Positions 28,019 to 38,761 are shown, counted from the stretch's first letter. The stretch: 64,000 bases of DNA from an uncultured bacterium (GCA_963771165.1 CAVYSN010000004.1:30114-94113); one strand, 5' to 3'. The notes: generated from the letters alone by a model not told the origin. Program-made: numbers and translations.

Positions 28019-30570
28019 ATGACGGGCAAAACGAAAACTAGCTCAGCTTCAAAGAAAACAAAAAACGGACGGATCAAAGAACACGTACAAAAACAAACAG
28101 AAAACGATCGTGTCAATGCGATTCGAACATCATTACAAAATCATTTACTTTATACTATGGCCAAAGATCAATACTCCGCCACCAAATTAGACCTGTATAA
28201 AAGCCTTGCCGCCACGGTCAAGGACCGGCTGGTGAAACGCTGGATACAGACTCAGCAAACTTATTACAAAGTCGATGCCAAACGCATTTACTATCTCTCC
28301 CTCGAATTTCTGATGGGACGTGCTCTAGGCAACAATCTGGTGAATCTGAAAATGGTGAAGGAAGCCTACGAAGCTTTGCATCAAGCAGGACTCGATCTGG
28401 AGGAATTGCAGGAGTTGGAATGGGACGCCGGTCTTGGGAATGGCGGTCTGGGGCGACTGGCAGCCTGTTTTCTGGATTCCATGGCAACTTTGGAATTACC
28501 CGGATACGGTTATGGAATTCGCTATGAATATGGAATCTTTTATCAGCACATCCGGGATGGCCATCAAGTGGAAACGCCCGACAACTGGCTTCGTCACGGA
28601 AATGTCTGGGAGATTGAACGGCCGGAATACCTTTACACTGTAAAATTCAACGGACGGGTCGTTGAGTTTAAGGATAAAGAAGGAGTCCTGCGCTCCGAAT
28701 GGGTGGATACACAGGACGTTATGGCAATGGCGTACGACACACCCATTGCAGGCTACGGGAACAATACTGTAAATAATTTGCGTTTGTGGGCCGCAAAATC
28801 CACGCGCGAGTTTGACTTCGAATACTTTAATCACGGCGATTACATCAAAGCAGTTCAGGATAAACAAAAAACCGAGACAATCTCGAAAGTTCTCTATCCT
28901 AACGACAACGTCATTCAAGGCAAGGAACTACGTTTAAAACAGGAATACTTTTTTCAGTTCTGCGACGTTGCAAGACATCGTTCGACGATACCTAAAAACT
29001 CATGATGATTTTTCGGAGTTTTCAAGTAAGGTCGCGATTCAGTTAAACGACACTCATCCCGCCATCGCAATTCCGGAGTTGATGCGGCTCCTGGTCGATG
29101 TTTATGAAGTGCCCTGGGAGAAAGCATGGAAAATTACAATCGACACGTTCGGATATACAAACCATACGATCCTTCCCGAAGCGTTGGAAAAGTGGCCGGT
29201 TTCCATGATGGAAGCAACCTTGCCCCGCCATATGGATATCATTTACGAAATCAACAGGCGTTTTCTGGACGAAGTCAGCAAACGTTTTCCGGACGATCCT
29301 GCACGCATGGCCCGGATGTCACTGATCGAGGAAGGTGGCGACAAGCAGGTCCGCATGGCACACCTCGCCATCGTTGGCAGCCATTCGATCAACGGCGTAG
29401 CGGCGCTCCATACGGAGATTACTAAAAAAGGAACTTTTTAAGGACTTCTACGAAATGACGCCGGAAAAATTCAATAACAAAACCAACGGCATTACACAAC
29501 GCCGCTGGTTGTTGAAATGCAATCCACGGTTGTCCGATCTGATTTCAAGCGAAATCGGCGAGAAATGGGCTACGGATTTGTATGAGATGAGACAGCTGCG
29601 CCCTCTTGCATCGGATCACGCGTTTCAAGAAAAGTGGCGTGAAATCAAACGCCACAACAAAGAGGTTTTCGCCGATTATGTCGCCAGATTAACGGGCGTA
29701 AAAGCCAATCTGGATTCCATTTTCGATATTCAGGTGAAACGCATCCATGAATATAAGCGCCAGCTGATGAATGCGCTCCATGTGATCTACCTTTACAACA
29801 AGATCAAAAACAACCCGAACGATCCATTCGTACCCCGAACCAAAATCTTTGCAGGAAAAGCAGCTCCCGGTTATTTTCTGGCCAAACTCATCATTAAGCT
29901 CATCAACTCGATCGCGGATGTTGTGAACCGGGATCCGGATATCGGGGACAAATTGCGTGTTGTGTTTTTGCCGAACTATTGCGTATCCATGGCGGAAAAA
30001 ATCATGCCCGCGGCTGATTTGTCCGAACAAATATCGACTGCGGGAATGGAAGCTTCCGGAACCGGAAATATGAAATTTGCACTCAACGGAGCGCTTACAA
30101 TCGGCACTCTGGACGGCGCCAACATCGAAATCATGGAAGAAGTCGGTGAAGAAAACATTTTCATTTTTGGGCTGAACGCTGACGAAGTGAAGGGGCTAAA
30201 GAATAGCGGATACAAACCATCGGATTACTACGACAGGAATCCCGATTTGAAGAAGATTATCGACATGATCGCTTCCGGCTATTTTTCGCCGTCCAATACG
30301 GAACTGTTCAAACCGATCGTGCAATCACTTCTCAGTTTGGATCCATTTATGGTGCTTGCCGATTTCGAATCGTACGTGCGCTGCCAATCGAAAGTCTGGA
30401 AAGAATTCTTGATCCCCGATGAATGGACACGGAAAAGTATTCTTAACGTGGCAGGCATGGGAAAATTTTCCAGCGATCGCAGTATTAGTGAATACGCTCA
30501 GGAAATCTGGCACGCCAAACCCGTACCGATTGTCATGCCCGAACCCGAAGCCATTGACATTAAGCTTTAA
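28019..30570 (+). CDS. glgP: Glycogen/alpha-glucan phosphorylase, 2 frame breaks (~28975, ~29428)
   Basis: [56 protein letters not shown], and [20 protein letters not shown] (the PLP lysine region). The second break is an A6 run at 29424..29429; removing one A gives [13 protein letters not shown]. Confidence 0.95.
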
Positions 30571-30637
30571 CACAGAGGCACGGAGACACAGAGGATTTAG
30601 AATTTTGTTTCTCTGTGCCTCCGTGTCTCTATGTTAA
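30567..30637. repeat. Word-hairpin element, CACGGAG/CACAGAG family (F1)
   Basis: ttaacacagaggcacggagacacagagg / ctctgtgcctccgtgtctctatgttaa. The 5' arm has no T after the TTAAC terminus. The glgP TAA lies in the left terminus, and an extra word extends to 30651. Confidence 0.85.
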
Positions 30638-30671
30638 GAACTCTGTATTTTAGCTTTAAGCGAGGTTTTCC

Positions 30672-32015
30672 ATGCAACGTTATTTCATGATTGTTTTGTC
30701 TTTATTGGCGGTTCTGTGCCAACCGGCATGGAGCGAAACATTGTTTCCGTACAAGTATCTGGAAACCAAACTGGACAACGGGTTAAAGATCATTCTCATC
30801 CCGATCGACAATGCAGGTCTGGTTTCGTACATGACGCTGGTGAACGTGGGCAGTCGTCATGAAATTGAACCGGGGCACACAGGCTTTGCTCATTTCTTTG
30901 AACACATGATGTTCCGGGGAACCAAGAAATATCCTGCGGAAAAGTACGGCGAAATTCTTCTGGAAATCGGAGCGGACCGGAATGCGTTTACAGGAGAAGA
31001 TTTCACTTTTTACTACATGCATTTCCCCGGCCGTTATCTGGAAAAAGTTGTGGATGTGGAATCCGATCGCTTCATGAATCTGGAATACTCACTTCCCGTT
31101 TTTCAAACAGAAGCAAAAGCAGTTCTGGGGGAATATAACAAGAATTTTGCGAATCCATTCTTTCAAATCGATGAAAAGCTGAACGACATCGCCTTTGACA
31201 AAAGCACATACAAACATACTGCTATGGGCTTTCTAAAAGATATTGAAGACATGCCGAACCAATACGAATACAGTCGCACATTCTTCAGCCGGTTTTACCG
31301 CCCGGAAAACTCTACTGTGATGATCGCAGGAAAATTCAATCCCGATGAGGCCCTTGAGCTCATCAAGAAATACTATTCTCCGTGGAAACCGGCAAACTAT
31401 AACGCGGAAATGCCAAAAGAACCGGAACAAACACAGGAGAAAAGAGCATCTGTAAAATACGAAGGTGACACGCTCCCGCTCCTTGCTGTGGCATTCAAAG
31501 CTCCTGCCTTCGATCCTGCGAGCAAAGAATTTGCGTCCCTGAGTTTGTTGTCTGAACTCGCCTTCGGAGAAACATCACCGCTTTATGAAAAGCTGGTGCT
31601 CCAGGAACAAAAGGCTGATTTTGTGAGCGGTGACTACGTTCCACACATGGCCGACTATTTGTTCACGATTTATGTGCGTTTGAAGAGTCCGGAGAACCTC
31701 ACAACTGTGGAGCAGGCAATCACGGATACGCTGGAACAAATGAAATGGAAACCGGTTGAACCCGGTAGACTTTCCAATTTGAAATCCAACAGAAAATATT
31801 CTTTTTTGATGAGCTTTGATACCAGCAAAAGCATCACGAACGGCTTTTATCGATCGATGGCCCCCTATCTCTCCATGGTCCATGGTGTCATGGCTGTAGA
31901 CCGGCTTTTTGAAACCTACGATAGCGTCACACCCGAGGACATCCAGAACAGCGCAAAACGATATTTTTTGAAAGAGAAAAAAACCGTTGTCACTTTGACA
32001 GGAGCGAAATCATGA
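30672..32015 (+). CDS. M16 family zinc peptidase (catalytic HxxEH subunit)
   Basis: A signal peptide and the motif GFAHFFEHMMFRGT (HxxEH). Confidence 0.85.
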   Translation: MQRYFMIVLSLLAVLCQPAWSETLFPYKYLETKLDNGLKIILIPIDNAGLVSYMTLVNVGSRHEIEPGHTGFAHFFEHMMFRGTKKYPAEKYGEILLEIGADRNAFTGEDFTFYYMHFPGRYLEKVVDVESDRFMNLEYSLPVFQTEAKAVLGEYNKNFANPFFQIDEKLNDIAFDKSTYKHTAMGFLKDIEDMPNQYEYSRTFFSRFYRPENSTVMIAGKFNPDEALELIKKYYSPWKPANYNAEMPKEPEQTQEKRASVKYEGDTLPLLAVAFKAPAFDPASKEFASLSLLSELAFGETSPLYEKLVLQEQKADFVSGDYVPHMADYLFTIYVRLKSPENLTTVEQAITDTLEQMKWKPVEPGRLSNLKSNRKYSFLMSFDTSKSITNGFYRSMAPYLSMVHGVMAVDRLFETYDSVTPEDIQNSAKRYFLKEKKTVVTLTGAKS

Positions 32016-33505
32016 AGGGCCTGATTTTATTCATTTGTACATTACTCTCCTTCCCTTTGTGGGGCGCAGATGGGATTCTGGATTCACAATTTGTATTGCG
32101 AAAGAGCGAATCTCCGCTGATCGCTTTTCGGATCGCATTTTTAACTGGTTCCGCCTATGATCCTGCCGGAAAAGAAGGAGTCGCAGCTTTAACGGCGTCC
32201 ATTCTTGCGGAAGGAGGCACAGCAAAGAACGATTACCAGCAAATTCTGCAATTACTCTTCCCGATGGCCGCGGGATATTCTTCCCAGGTCGATAAAGAGA
32301 TGACTGTGTTTATCGGTGTTGTTCATAAAGATCACCTGAATAGTTATTACGAATTACTGCGGGACGCGATTCTGACACCCGGATTCAAACAAGACGATTT
32401 TGACCGGCTCAAAACCGATCAGTTGAACTATGTAGCGAAAACCCTGCGCTTCAATAATGATGAAGAACTCGGCAAAGAAACGTTGAACTGGGCAATTTTT
32501 CAAGGACATCCATACGGGCGGCCGAATGAAGGTACGGCCGGTGGAGTTCAAGCGTTGACACTCAAGGACGTAAAAGACTTTTATCAGAGTCAATACACCC
32601 GGCGCAATCTTGTGATCGGAGTCGCAGGCAATTATCCCGATGAACTTTTGGCGAAGCTGCGACAGGATTTTGGAAAATTGCCGGAAGGCACCGCCGAAAG
32701 AAAAGTATTGCCATCCGCGCCCAAAGTGGATGGTGTTCGAGTGGTTATCGTTCAAAAGAAAACTCCGGCCACTGCTTTCAGTTTCGGTTATCCGATTCCT
32801 TTCACGCGATCTGATGATGATTACTTTCCGATGATGGTGATGAATTCCTGGCTCGGCCAGCACCGCACACAGGTGGGGCGTTTATATAACGTGATGCGTG
32901 AACAGCGCGGAATGAACTATGGAGATTACAGCTATATTGAGCATTTCGCTTTTGGCGGTAGTTTTATGCAACCACCGCCGAATTTTCCAAGACAACAGCA
33001 GATCTTTCAGGTCTGGATTCGCCCGGTTCCTAACGCTGTGCGCCATTTCGCATTGCGTCAGGCGATACGGGAAGTCCAAATGCTCGGAGATAAGGGACTC
33101 ACTCAACAGGATGTTCAAACGATTCGCGATTTTCTGCTGAACTACATGGTCAGTCTTGCACAATCCAACTCAGAAATGCTGGGGTATGCACTGGATGATC
33201 ATTTTTATAAGTTGCCTGGTTCCTACTTCGATCTAACGAAATCGAATCTCACAGCCCTAACGCAAAATCGGGTGAACGCCACGATCCGCAAACATGTTTC
33301 TACAAAAAATATGGTGATCGCGGTGGTTACAGAGGATGCGGAGAGTTTTAAGAAAGCACTCCTGGAAAATACGCCAAGTCCGATCACCTATGAGTCCCCT
33401 AAACCAGAAGCAATTCTTGCGGAAGATAAGATAATCATGAGTTACCCGGTGAGCATCAAAGCAGAAAATATTACGATCATCCCAGCAGAAAAAATATTTG
33501 AATAG
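32012..33505 (+). CDS. M16 family peptidase-like protein lacking HxxEH (probable non-catalytic partner)
   Basis: 497 aa of M16-like fold by length and pattern. It has an ATGA overlap with the upstream M16 gene, and I see no HxxEH. Confidence 0.7.
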   Translation: MKGLILFICTLLSFPLWGADGILDSQFVLRKSESPLIAFRIAFLTGSAYDPAGKEGVAALTASILAEGGTAKNDYQQILQLLFPMAAGYSSQVDKEMTVFIGVVHKDHLNSYYELLRDAILTPGFKQDDFDRLKTDQLNYVAKTLRFNNDEELGKETLNWAIFQGHPYGRPNEGTAGGVQALTLKDVKDFYQSQYTRRNLVIGVAGNYPDELLAKLRQDFGKLPEGTAERKVLPSAPKVDGVRVVIVQKKTPATAFSFGYPIPFTRSDDDYFPMMVMNSWLGQHRTQVGRLYNVMREQRGMNYGDYSYIEHFAFGGSFMQPPPNFPRQQQIFQVWIRPVPNAVRHFALRQAIREVQMLGDKGLTQQDVQTIRDFLLNYMVSLAQSNSEMLGYALDDHFYKLPGSYFDLTKSNLTALTQNRVNATIRKHVSTKNMVIAVVTEDAESFKKALLENTPSPITYESPKPEAILAEDKIIMSYPVSIKAENITIIPAEKIFE

Positions 33506-33509
33506 CTCT

Positions 33510-33592
33510 TTAACGCAAAGACGCCAGGACACAAAGGATTTTAACCATAAATTCTTTAAAGGCCTTTGCGGCTTAGCGTCTTTGCGTTGAGA
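33510..33592. repeat. Word-hairpin element, CGCAAAG family (F2)
   Basis: ACGCAAAG ACGCCAGG ACACAAAG / cctttgcggcttagcgtctttgcgttgag. It has a 12-bp perfect basal stem and ends 5 nt before the cbiM ATG. Confidence 0.85.
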
Positions 33593-33597
33593 TAGAA

Positions 33598-34599
33598 ATG
33601 CATATTCCTGATGGTTATTTAGGTCCTGCTACGGCGGGAGCTCTGTACGCAGCGGCTGCCCCGTTCTGGTACATCGCTTCCCGCAAAACAAAAGCGATAT
33701 TGTCCGGCCGGCTTGTTCCGTTGATGGCATTGCTCTCCGCATTTTGCTTTGTGATTCAAATGATTAACGTCCCCTTACCGGGGGGCACAACGGGTCATGC
33801 GGTTGGAGCAAGTCTGGCGGCGATTGTTTTGACTCCGTGGCCTGCGGTGATTGCCGTATCGATTGCGTTAATCATTCAGGCATTCTTTTTCGGTGATGGC
33901 GGAATCACAGCGATCGGAGCGAACTGCCTGAACATGGCGGTCGTGCAGGTGTTTGTCGCGTACTATATATATAATACTATCAATGCTCAATCCGCCGGTG
34001 GGCGCCGCCTGGCTGCGGCTGTTGCCGGTTATGTATCACTGAATATCTCCGGATTGCTGGCGGGAATCGAGCTGGGGATTCAGCCGTTGATTTCACGTGC
34101 CGCAGATGGTACGCCTTTGTACGCGCCATATCCATTGTCCGTTACTGTACCGGCGGTGGTCGGCGGGCATCTTTTGGCCGGCTTCATTGAAGCAATTCTC
34201 ACCGGAGGGACGATCGCTTTTCTCGAACGTTCTGCGCCCGAATTGCTTGCTGTGTCTGGAAAGCCGGAAGTCCCTTTGCCCCGATTCTGGGCGCGCATGC
34301 GATTGGCCTGGGTTGTCCTGGCATTTCTCGTATTCATCACACCACTTGGCTTGCTCGCTCCGGGCACCGCATGGGGGGAGTGGAGCTCGGAGCAATTGCA
34401 CGATGCCGGGCTCGGTTTTGTACCACAGGGCATGAAGAAGTGGGAATCTTTCTGGCATGCTGCCTTTGCTGATTATACGATTGCCGGCCTCGGAGAGATG
34501 ACCGGGTACGTCCTTTCGGCCGTTCTTGGTATCGCGTTCATTGTTCTTGGATCTTACCTGCTGACTTTTCTCGGCAAGCGTTCCGCAACCAGGTCATGA
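33598..34599 (+). CDS. cbiM: ECF transporter substrate component CbiM/NikM with a C-terminal PDGLE-type extension
   Basis: MHIPDGYL..., INVPLPGGTTGHAVG, FGDGGITAIGAN. The C-terminus contains GTAWGEW plus a TM helix. Confidence 0.85.
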   Translation: MHIPDGYLGPATAGALYAAAAPFWYIASRKTKAILSGRLVPLMALLSAFCFVIQMINVPLPGGTTGHAVGASLAAIVLTPWPAVIAVSIALIIQAFFFGDGGITAIGANCLNMAVVQVFVAYYIYNTINAQSAGGRRLAAAVAGYVSLNISGLLAGIELGIQPLISRAADGTPLYAPYPLSVTVPAVVGGHLLAGFIEAILTGGTIAFLERSAPELLAVSGKPEVPLPRFWARMRLAWVVLAFLVFITPLGLLAPGTAWGEWSSEQLHDAGLGFVPQGMKKWESFWHAAFADYTIAGLGEMTGYVLSAVLGIAFIVLGSYLLTFLGKRSATRS

Positions 34600-35423
34600 G
34601 TCAGTATCGGACTTACCTGGAGAAAAATCTTTTTCTTCTCTCTCAAGCCATCCAGGAAAGTATGTTTGCTGAAGAAGCGGCCGTTCGCCCCGGATGGCTG
34701 CAAAAGATCGACCCTCGAATCAAACTGTCCGGTATTTTATTGTTGATCCTTGCATGTTCTTTTGCGCAAGAGATTGCTCCGATCCTGTTGCTCTTTTTGT
34801 TTTCGCTACTGCTTGTTTACGGATCCTTGCTTCTTTCAATGAGCTTTTTCAGGCGCCTTTGGATTTTTATTCCTCTGTACACTGCTTTGATCGCGTTACC
34901 TGCCCTGTTTCTCACCCCTGGAGAAGTTATTGCGAGAACTCCTTTGACTGGTTGGAGTATTACTGAACAGGGTTTACGCACCGGGCTAATGCTGGTCAGT
35001 CGGGTCACGACAACTGTTTCCTTTCTTCTCTTGTTGGTTTTGACTACGAAATGGTCCGTGCTGTTAAAGGCGCTCCGTTCGATGGGAGTTCCGCAGCTGC
35101 TTGTCTTTATGCTAGCCATGACGTACAGATACATTTATGTTCTTTTACAGTCCACAAGCGCATTATTCCTTGCAAGGCAGAGTAGAAGAGTCGGTCCGGA
35201 AGCCTGGCATAGCGCCAAGGAATGGATTGGAACAATTTCCGGAGCTCTGCTCGGCAAATCCTATTCGCTCAGCAGCGAGATTTATCTCGCAATGGTATCG
35301 CGGGGCTTTAGAGGCGAGCCGGTTCTGCTCAACGATTTCAAAACAGAACCGCGGGATTGGCTCTGGTTCACTCTATTTTCGATGCTTGCGGGTGTAACAT
35401 TCTTTTGGAAATATCTCACTTGA
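34596..35423 (+). CDS. cbiQ: ECF transporter T component (CbiQ)
   Basis: 275 aa with 5-6 TM segments, positioned between CbiM and the ATPase. It has an ATGA overlap. Confidence 0.75.
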   Translation: MSQYRTYLEKNLFLLSQAIQESMFAEEAAVRPGWLQKIDPRIKLSGILLLILACSFAQEIAPILLLFLFSLLLVYGSLLLSMSFFRRLWIFIPLYTALIALPALFLTPGEVIARTPLTGWSITEQGLRTGLMLVSRVTTTVSFLLLLVLTTKWSVLLKALRSMGVPQLLVFMLAMTYRYIYVLLQSTSALFLARQSRRVGPEAWHSAKEWIGTISGALLGKSYSLSSEIYLAMVSRGFRGEPVLLNDFKTEPRDWLWFTLFSMLAGVTFFWKYLT

Positions 35424-36235
35424 ACAATATATACAGACTTAAAAACATTCAGTACGCTTACCTGAACAGATTCTCAGCGGTCAACATCGACACGCTGGAG
35501 ATCACGCGTTCATCGCGTGTGGCCCTGATCGGCGCAAATGGTTCCGGCAAAAGCACACTATTAAAACTGCTCGACGCTCTATATTTCCCGCAAAAAGGGA
35601 CGCTGGAATTCGATGGAGTGGAACTGACGGAAGAAAAATTTCGTGAGGAATCATTTCACTATTCGTTTCGCAGACGTGTGGGTTTTCTATTTCAGGATCC
35701 GGAAGTTCAATTGTTTTCACCAACAGTCTGGGACGAGATTTGCTTCGGTCCGTTACAACTAGGATGGGAAAAGGAAAAGGTTCGAACGCAGGCGGAACGT
35801 ACGATCGAACAATTCGGACTTCAGTCATTGCGTGATCGACCCCCTTACCGTCTTTCCATTGGTGAAAAAAAGAAGGTAGCGCTTGCATCCGTTTTGGTCA
35901 TCGATCCTGATGTTCTGTTGCTCGATGAACCTACCGCTGCGCTCGATCCCCGCACGCAGAGCGTGCTGCTCGAACTACTGCATCAATGGGGTGAAAACCA
36001 CAAAACGATCGTCACATCCACCCATGACCTGAGTATCCTTAAAGAAATATGCGACAGGGTTTTCGTGATGGAACATGGCTCGATTGTTCACCAGGGAACT
36101 CCTGAAGAGGTGTTGGACAATCACGCTTTGCTCGAAGAGACGAACCTGATTCATGCACACACGCATCGCCACGAAAAAGTTGTGCATTTACACCCCCATA
36201 CACACGACTTTCATGGACATAGCCATGAAGAGTGA
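35420..36235 (+). CDS. cbiO: ECF transporter ATPase (CbiO) with a His-rich C-terminal tail
   Basis: GANGSGKSTLLKLL is Walker A, LSIGEKKKVALA is the ABC signature, and LLLDEPTAALD is Walker B. The tail is HAHTHRHEKVVHLHPHTHDFHGHSHEE. A TTG start overlaps the cbiQ stop. Confidence 0.85.
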   Translation: MNNIYRLKNIQYAYLNRFSAVNIDTLEITRSSRVALIGANGSGKSTLLKLLDALYFPQKGTLEFDGVELTEEKFREESFHYSFRRRVGFLFQDPEVQLFSPTVWDEICFGPLQLGWEKEKVRTQAERTIEQFGLQSLRDRPPYRLSIGEKKKVALASVLVIDPDVLLLDEPTAALDPRTQSVLLELLHQWGENHKTIVTSTHDLSILKEICDRVFVMEHGSIVHQGTPEEVLDNHALLEETNLIHAHTHRHEKVVHLHPHTHDFHGHSHEE

Positions 36236-36473
36236 TCCTGAGATTCACTCAGTCTTGCCGCTTGCAATCAGCCAAGAAGTCCGACAGCCATCTATGAAAA
36301 GTTCACAGTTTATTCTTTTTCTAGAAACCTTGCTCCTATTCACGCCAATCGCAACTGCCGGTGCAGGGTTGGTGATACTTGGGAGTGGGAAGGAAATGAA
36401 TGAGTTCAGGTGGACGCTGGAAAAGCCAAAAAGCGCATCGATAACAATCACTAAATATCATTCCATCAAGTGA
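36225..36473 (+). CDS. Hypothetical small single-TM protein
   Basis: An 82-aa ORF whose ATG overlaps the cbiO end. It has one hydrophobic helix and no family recognised. Confidence 0.2.
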   Translation: MKSDPEIHSVLPLAISQEVRQPSMKSSQFILFLETLLLFTPIATAGAGLVILGSGKEMNEFRWTLEKPKSASITITKYHSIK

Positions 36474-36664
36474 AGATAGTTTCTACAAACCATTCCGTAC
36501 TGCCGGTTGCTATCATGACTACGAGCGCAGAAATAGCAACGAGAAAGTTGTGAACTTACACTTCCCCTATGCTCATGGCCAGACATGAAGACAGTCCCGG
36601 AAGGGCATGATCTAGTTCTGGTTAGAAATTGGCGGACAAGAAACGACCGCCATCCTGAGGTGGC

Positions 36665-36925
36665 TTACTTACGTTTGCTGACACCCCGGGTTTTCTTAGA
36701 TAGAAATTGCAAGGGGGGTGGTGGAGCTACGTCTTTTGCTTTTTCGACTTTTGCCTGATGCTCGAGAATCAACAGGAGGTTGTCCCTATCCGAAACCTCA
36801 TGGTTCCAGATAAAGCCACAGGATTCACATTTTGCCATTCGAACGCTGATCGTCTCCAGACGATCAGACATACAGACCGGACAGGCAAGTCCCGGCCTTT
36901 CTTTTGCCTTGGTTGCTGCTTTCAT
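36665..36925 (-). CDS. Small zinc-ribbon protein
   Basis: MKAATKAKERPGLACPVCMSDRLE...AKCESCGF carries CPxC...CxxC. The start is trimmed from the 156-aa ORF. Confidence 0.4.
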   Translation of the reverse strand: MKAATKAKERPGLACPVCMSDRLETISVRMAKCESCGFIWNHEVSDRDNLLLILEHQAKVEKAKDVAPPPPLQFLSKKTRGVSKRK

Positions 36926-37003
36926 CACCTTAAAGATAGGTTCCGAGAGGGCTCTCGTCAATTTTTCAGGAACTGTGATATAGTCTCTCGAGGAGGTCTC
37001 CGA

Positions 37004-37627
37004 ATGGCTGAAACCCGATGGTACCTGTCTGTTGATGGTCAACAAGAGGGGGATTTCTCTCTCGATGATATTCGAGCGAAGATTCAAAAGAATCAAGGTC
37101 GCCGCGTTCTCGTCTGGACCCAAGGGATGTCGCAATGGGCTGATCCCGCCGATCTACCCCAATTCAAAGCTGCTCCTGCCCCTGCACCGGCTCCTGCGCC
37201 CGCGCCCGCTCCCATTCCTTCTCCGTCGCCCGCAGCGGTTTCTCCGGATGAACGGCCTGTATCAACAAAGATTGATAAGGATGCCATCAAGCAGCAGGCT
37301 GGTATTCTGAAAAGTCTGCTCGATTTTAAGTTTCAGCATTTTGTGACCGGAAAGATCATCCCTGTGATTTACATGATCTTAATCATCGTCATTGCACTTC
37401 TGGTTGTCGGCGCTGTCGTCGTTAGCGGTTTTTGGGGACTCATCACAGCCATCCGTTTCGAAAGCTTCACGATGGCGATGACCGCACTCGGCACGATCAT
37501 TCTTGCGCCACTCATTGGAATTCTGTACATTGCTTTGATTCGTCTCTGGTTTGAATTCATGATCATTATTTTCCGAATCAAAGAGGATCTGACAACTCTC
37601 GTAGATAGATCGGAAACAAAGAAGTAG
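37004..37627 (+). CDS. GYF_2 (DUF4339) plus DUF4282 membrane protein with a PA/PS-rich linker
   Basis: AGGAGG lies 8 nt upstream. WYLSVDGQQEGDFSLDDIRAKI...VLVWTQGMSQWADPADLPQF is followed by (AP)n and LLDFKFQHFVTGKIIPVIY. Confidence 0.7.
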   Translation: MAETRWYLSVDGQQEGDFSLDDIRAKIQKNQGRRVLVWTQGMSQWADPADLPQFKAAPAPAPAPAPAPAPIPSPSPAAVSPDERPVSTKIDKDAIKQQAGILKSLLDFKFQHFVTGKIIPVIYMILIIVIALLVVGAVVVSGFWGLITAIRFESFTMAMTALGTIILAPLIGILYIALIRLWFEFMIIIFRIKEDLTTLVDRSETKK

Positions 37628-37653
37628 CAACACGACGACCGCCCCACGAGCGT

Positions 37654-38604
37654 TTACGCGAGTAGAATTTCCCGTAACAATGCGGGGTCTAGATTTCCCC
37701 CGCTAACCACAACGGCGACTCGGGATCCTTTTGGTACAGATTCAACCTGGTCCAGCGCCGCCATTGTTGCGGCGCCTGAAGCTTCTACGATCAACTGTTC
37801 CCGTTCCACAAATTGCAGTACGGTTTCTTTGATTTTGACTTCCTCCACGTTGATAATCTCATCGATATAACGAGGGGCCAGATCATAAACGATCTTACCG
37901 ATGCCGCCTGCTATCCCTTCAGCGATCGAATGCGCAACCGGGTACTCTTCGTAACAGTGCTTTTCCTTTAGTGAAGCCGATAGAGAGGGTGAGTTTGCGC
38001 TTTGGACCCCGATGATTTTGATTTCAGGGTCCATCGATTTGAGAGCGATACAAATACCGCTGATCAAACCGCCTCCGCCCACAGGTACAAGCACAGCATC
38101 CAGTTCAGGCAGATGCTGTCGAATTTCGATTCCAATTGTTCCCTGGCCGGCTACGGTGCGCCAATCATCATAGGGATGAATCACCGTTACATTTTCAGTC
38201 TGTGCAAAAATACGCCCCTGTTTTTCACACTCTTCATACGTCGGAGCAAACAACAAGTCGACAGGATAATAGCGAAATTTTTCAATTTTTGAACGCGGAG
38301 TTTTTGCGGGAACGAAGATGGTTGCGGGCATCTCAAAAATCTTTGCGGCATAGGCAACGCCCAAACCGTGATTGCCTGCCGACCAGGCGACAACGCCCTG
38401 TAATCGTTCCCTTGGACTTAGAGTATGCGCGAAATGCAAAGCGCCTCGGATCTTGAACGAGCCTGTCGGCTGCCAATTCTCCAGCTTCATGTAAACGTCG
38501 AAACCGGACGCTTCAGAAAAGTAACCGGACGGGCGGAGCGGTGTTTTCAGGATGTACGGTTCTAAAATTGAAGCTGCCCGCTGAATTGCCTGCAGATCGA
38601 TCAT
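37654..38604 (-). CDS. PLP-dependent threonine/serine dehydratase
   Basis: KLENWQPTGSFKIRGALHF contains the PLP lysine. The glycine-rich loop reads PVGGGGLISG. Confidence 0.85.
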   Translation of the reverse strand: MIDLQAIQRAASILEPYILKTPLRPSGYFSEASGFDVYMKLENWQPTGSFKIRGALHFAHTLSPRERLQGVVAWSAGNHGLGVAYAAKIFEMPATIFVPAKTPRSKIEKFRYYPVDLLFAPTYEECEKQGRIFAQTENVTVIHPYDDWRTVAGQGTIGIEIRQHLPELDAVLVPVGGGGLISGICIALKSMDPEIKIIGVQSANSPSLSASLKEKHCYEEYPVAHSIAEGIAGGIGKIVYDLAPRYIDEIINVEEVKIKETVLQFVEREQLIVEASGAATMAALDQVESVPKGSRVAVVVSGGNLDPALLREILLA

Positions 38605-38761
38605 TCCATCATTCTAAATCAGCAACGACGTTTCCGGAATCAGCACCGATGTTGCTCCCTTTCCCGCCTTCTGGCGGCGCTTATACCAACCAGACCGTCC
38701 TGATCAACAATCAACCATCATGGTATTCTATTTGCAAGCGCGTTTTGTGAAGGAGGGAATC

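Noticed and set aside
33506-33597. Cobalamin or Ni/Co-responsive riboswitch or operator upstream of cbiM
   Set aside because: The whole 92-nt spacer is a CGCAAAG-family hairpin element, found elsewhere next to unrelated genes. No B12-box-like core is visible.
36707-37003. N-terminal 99 residues of the 306-aa ORF 36707..37627
   Set aside because: This part is antisense to the zinc-ribbon gene and has poor composition. A strong AGGAGG precedes ATG 37004, where the recognisable GYF_2 domain begins, so the gene was trimmed.
37150-37235. Low-complexity (AP)n / PSPSP coding repeat, and the PPPPPPPP run near 44378..44401
   Set aside because: These are in-frame proline-rich interdomain linkers of the GYF_2/DUF4282 and LPP20-like proteins. 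They are not independent repeat elements.
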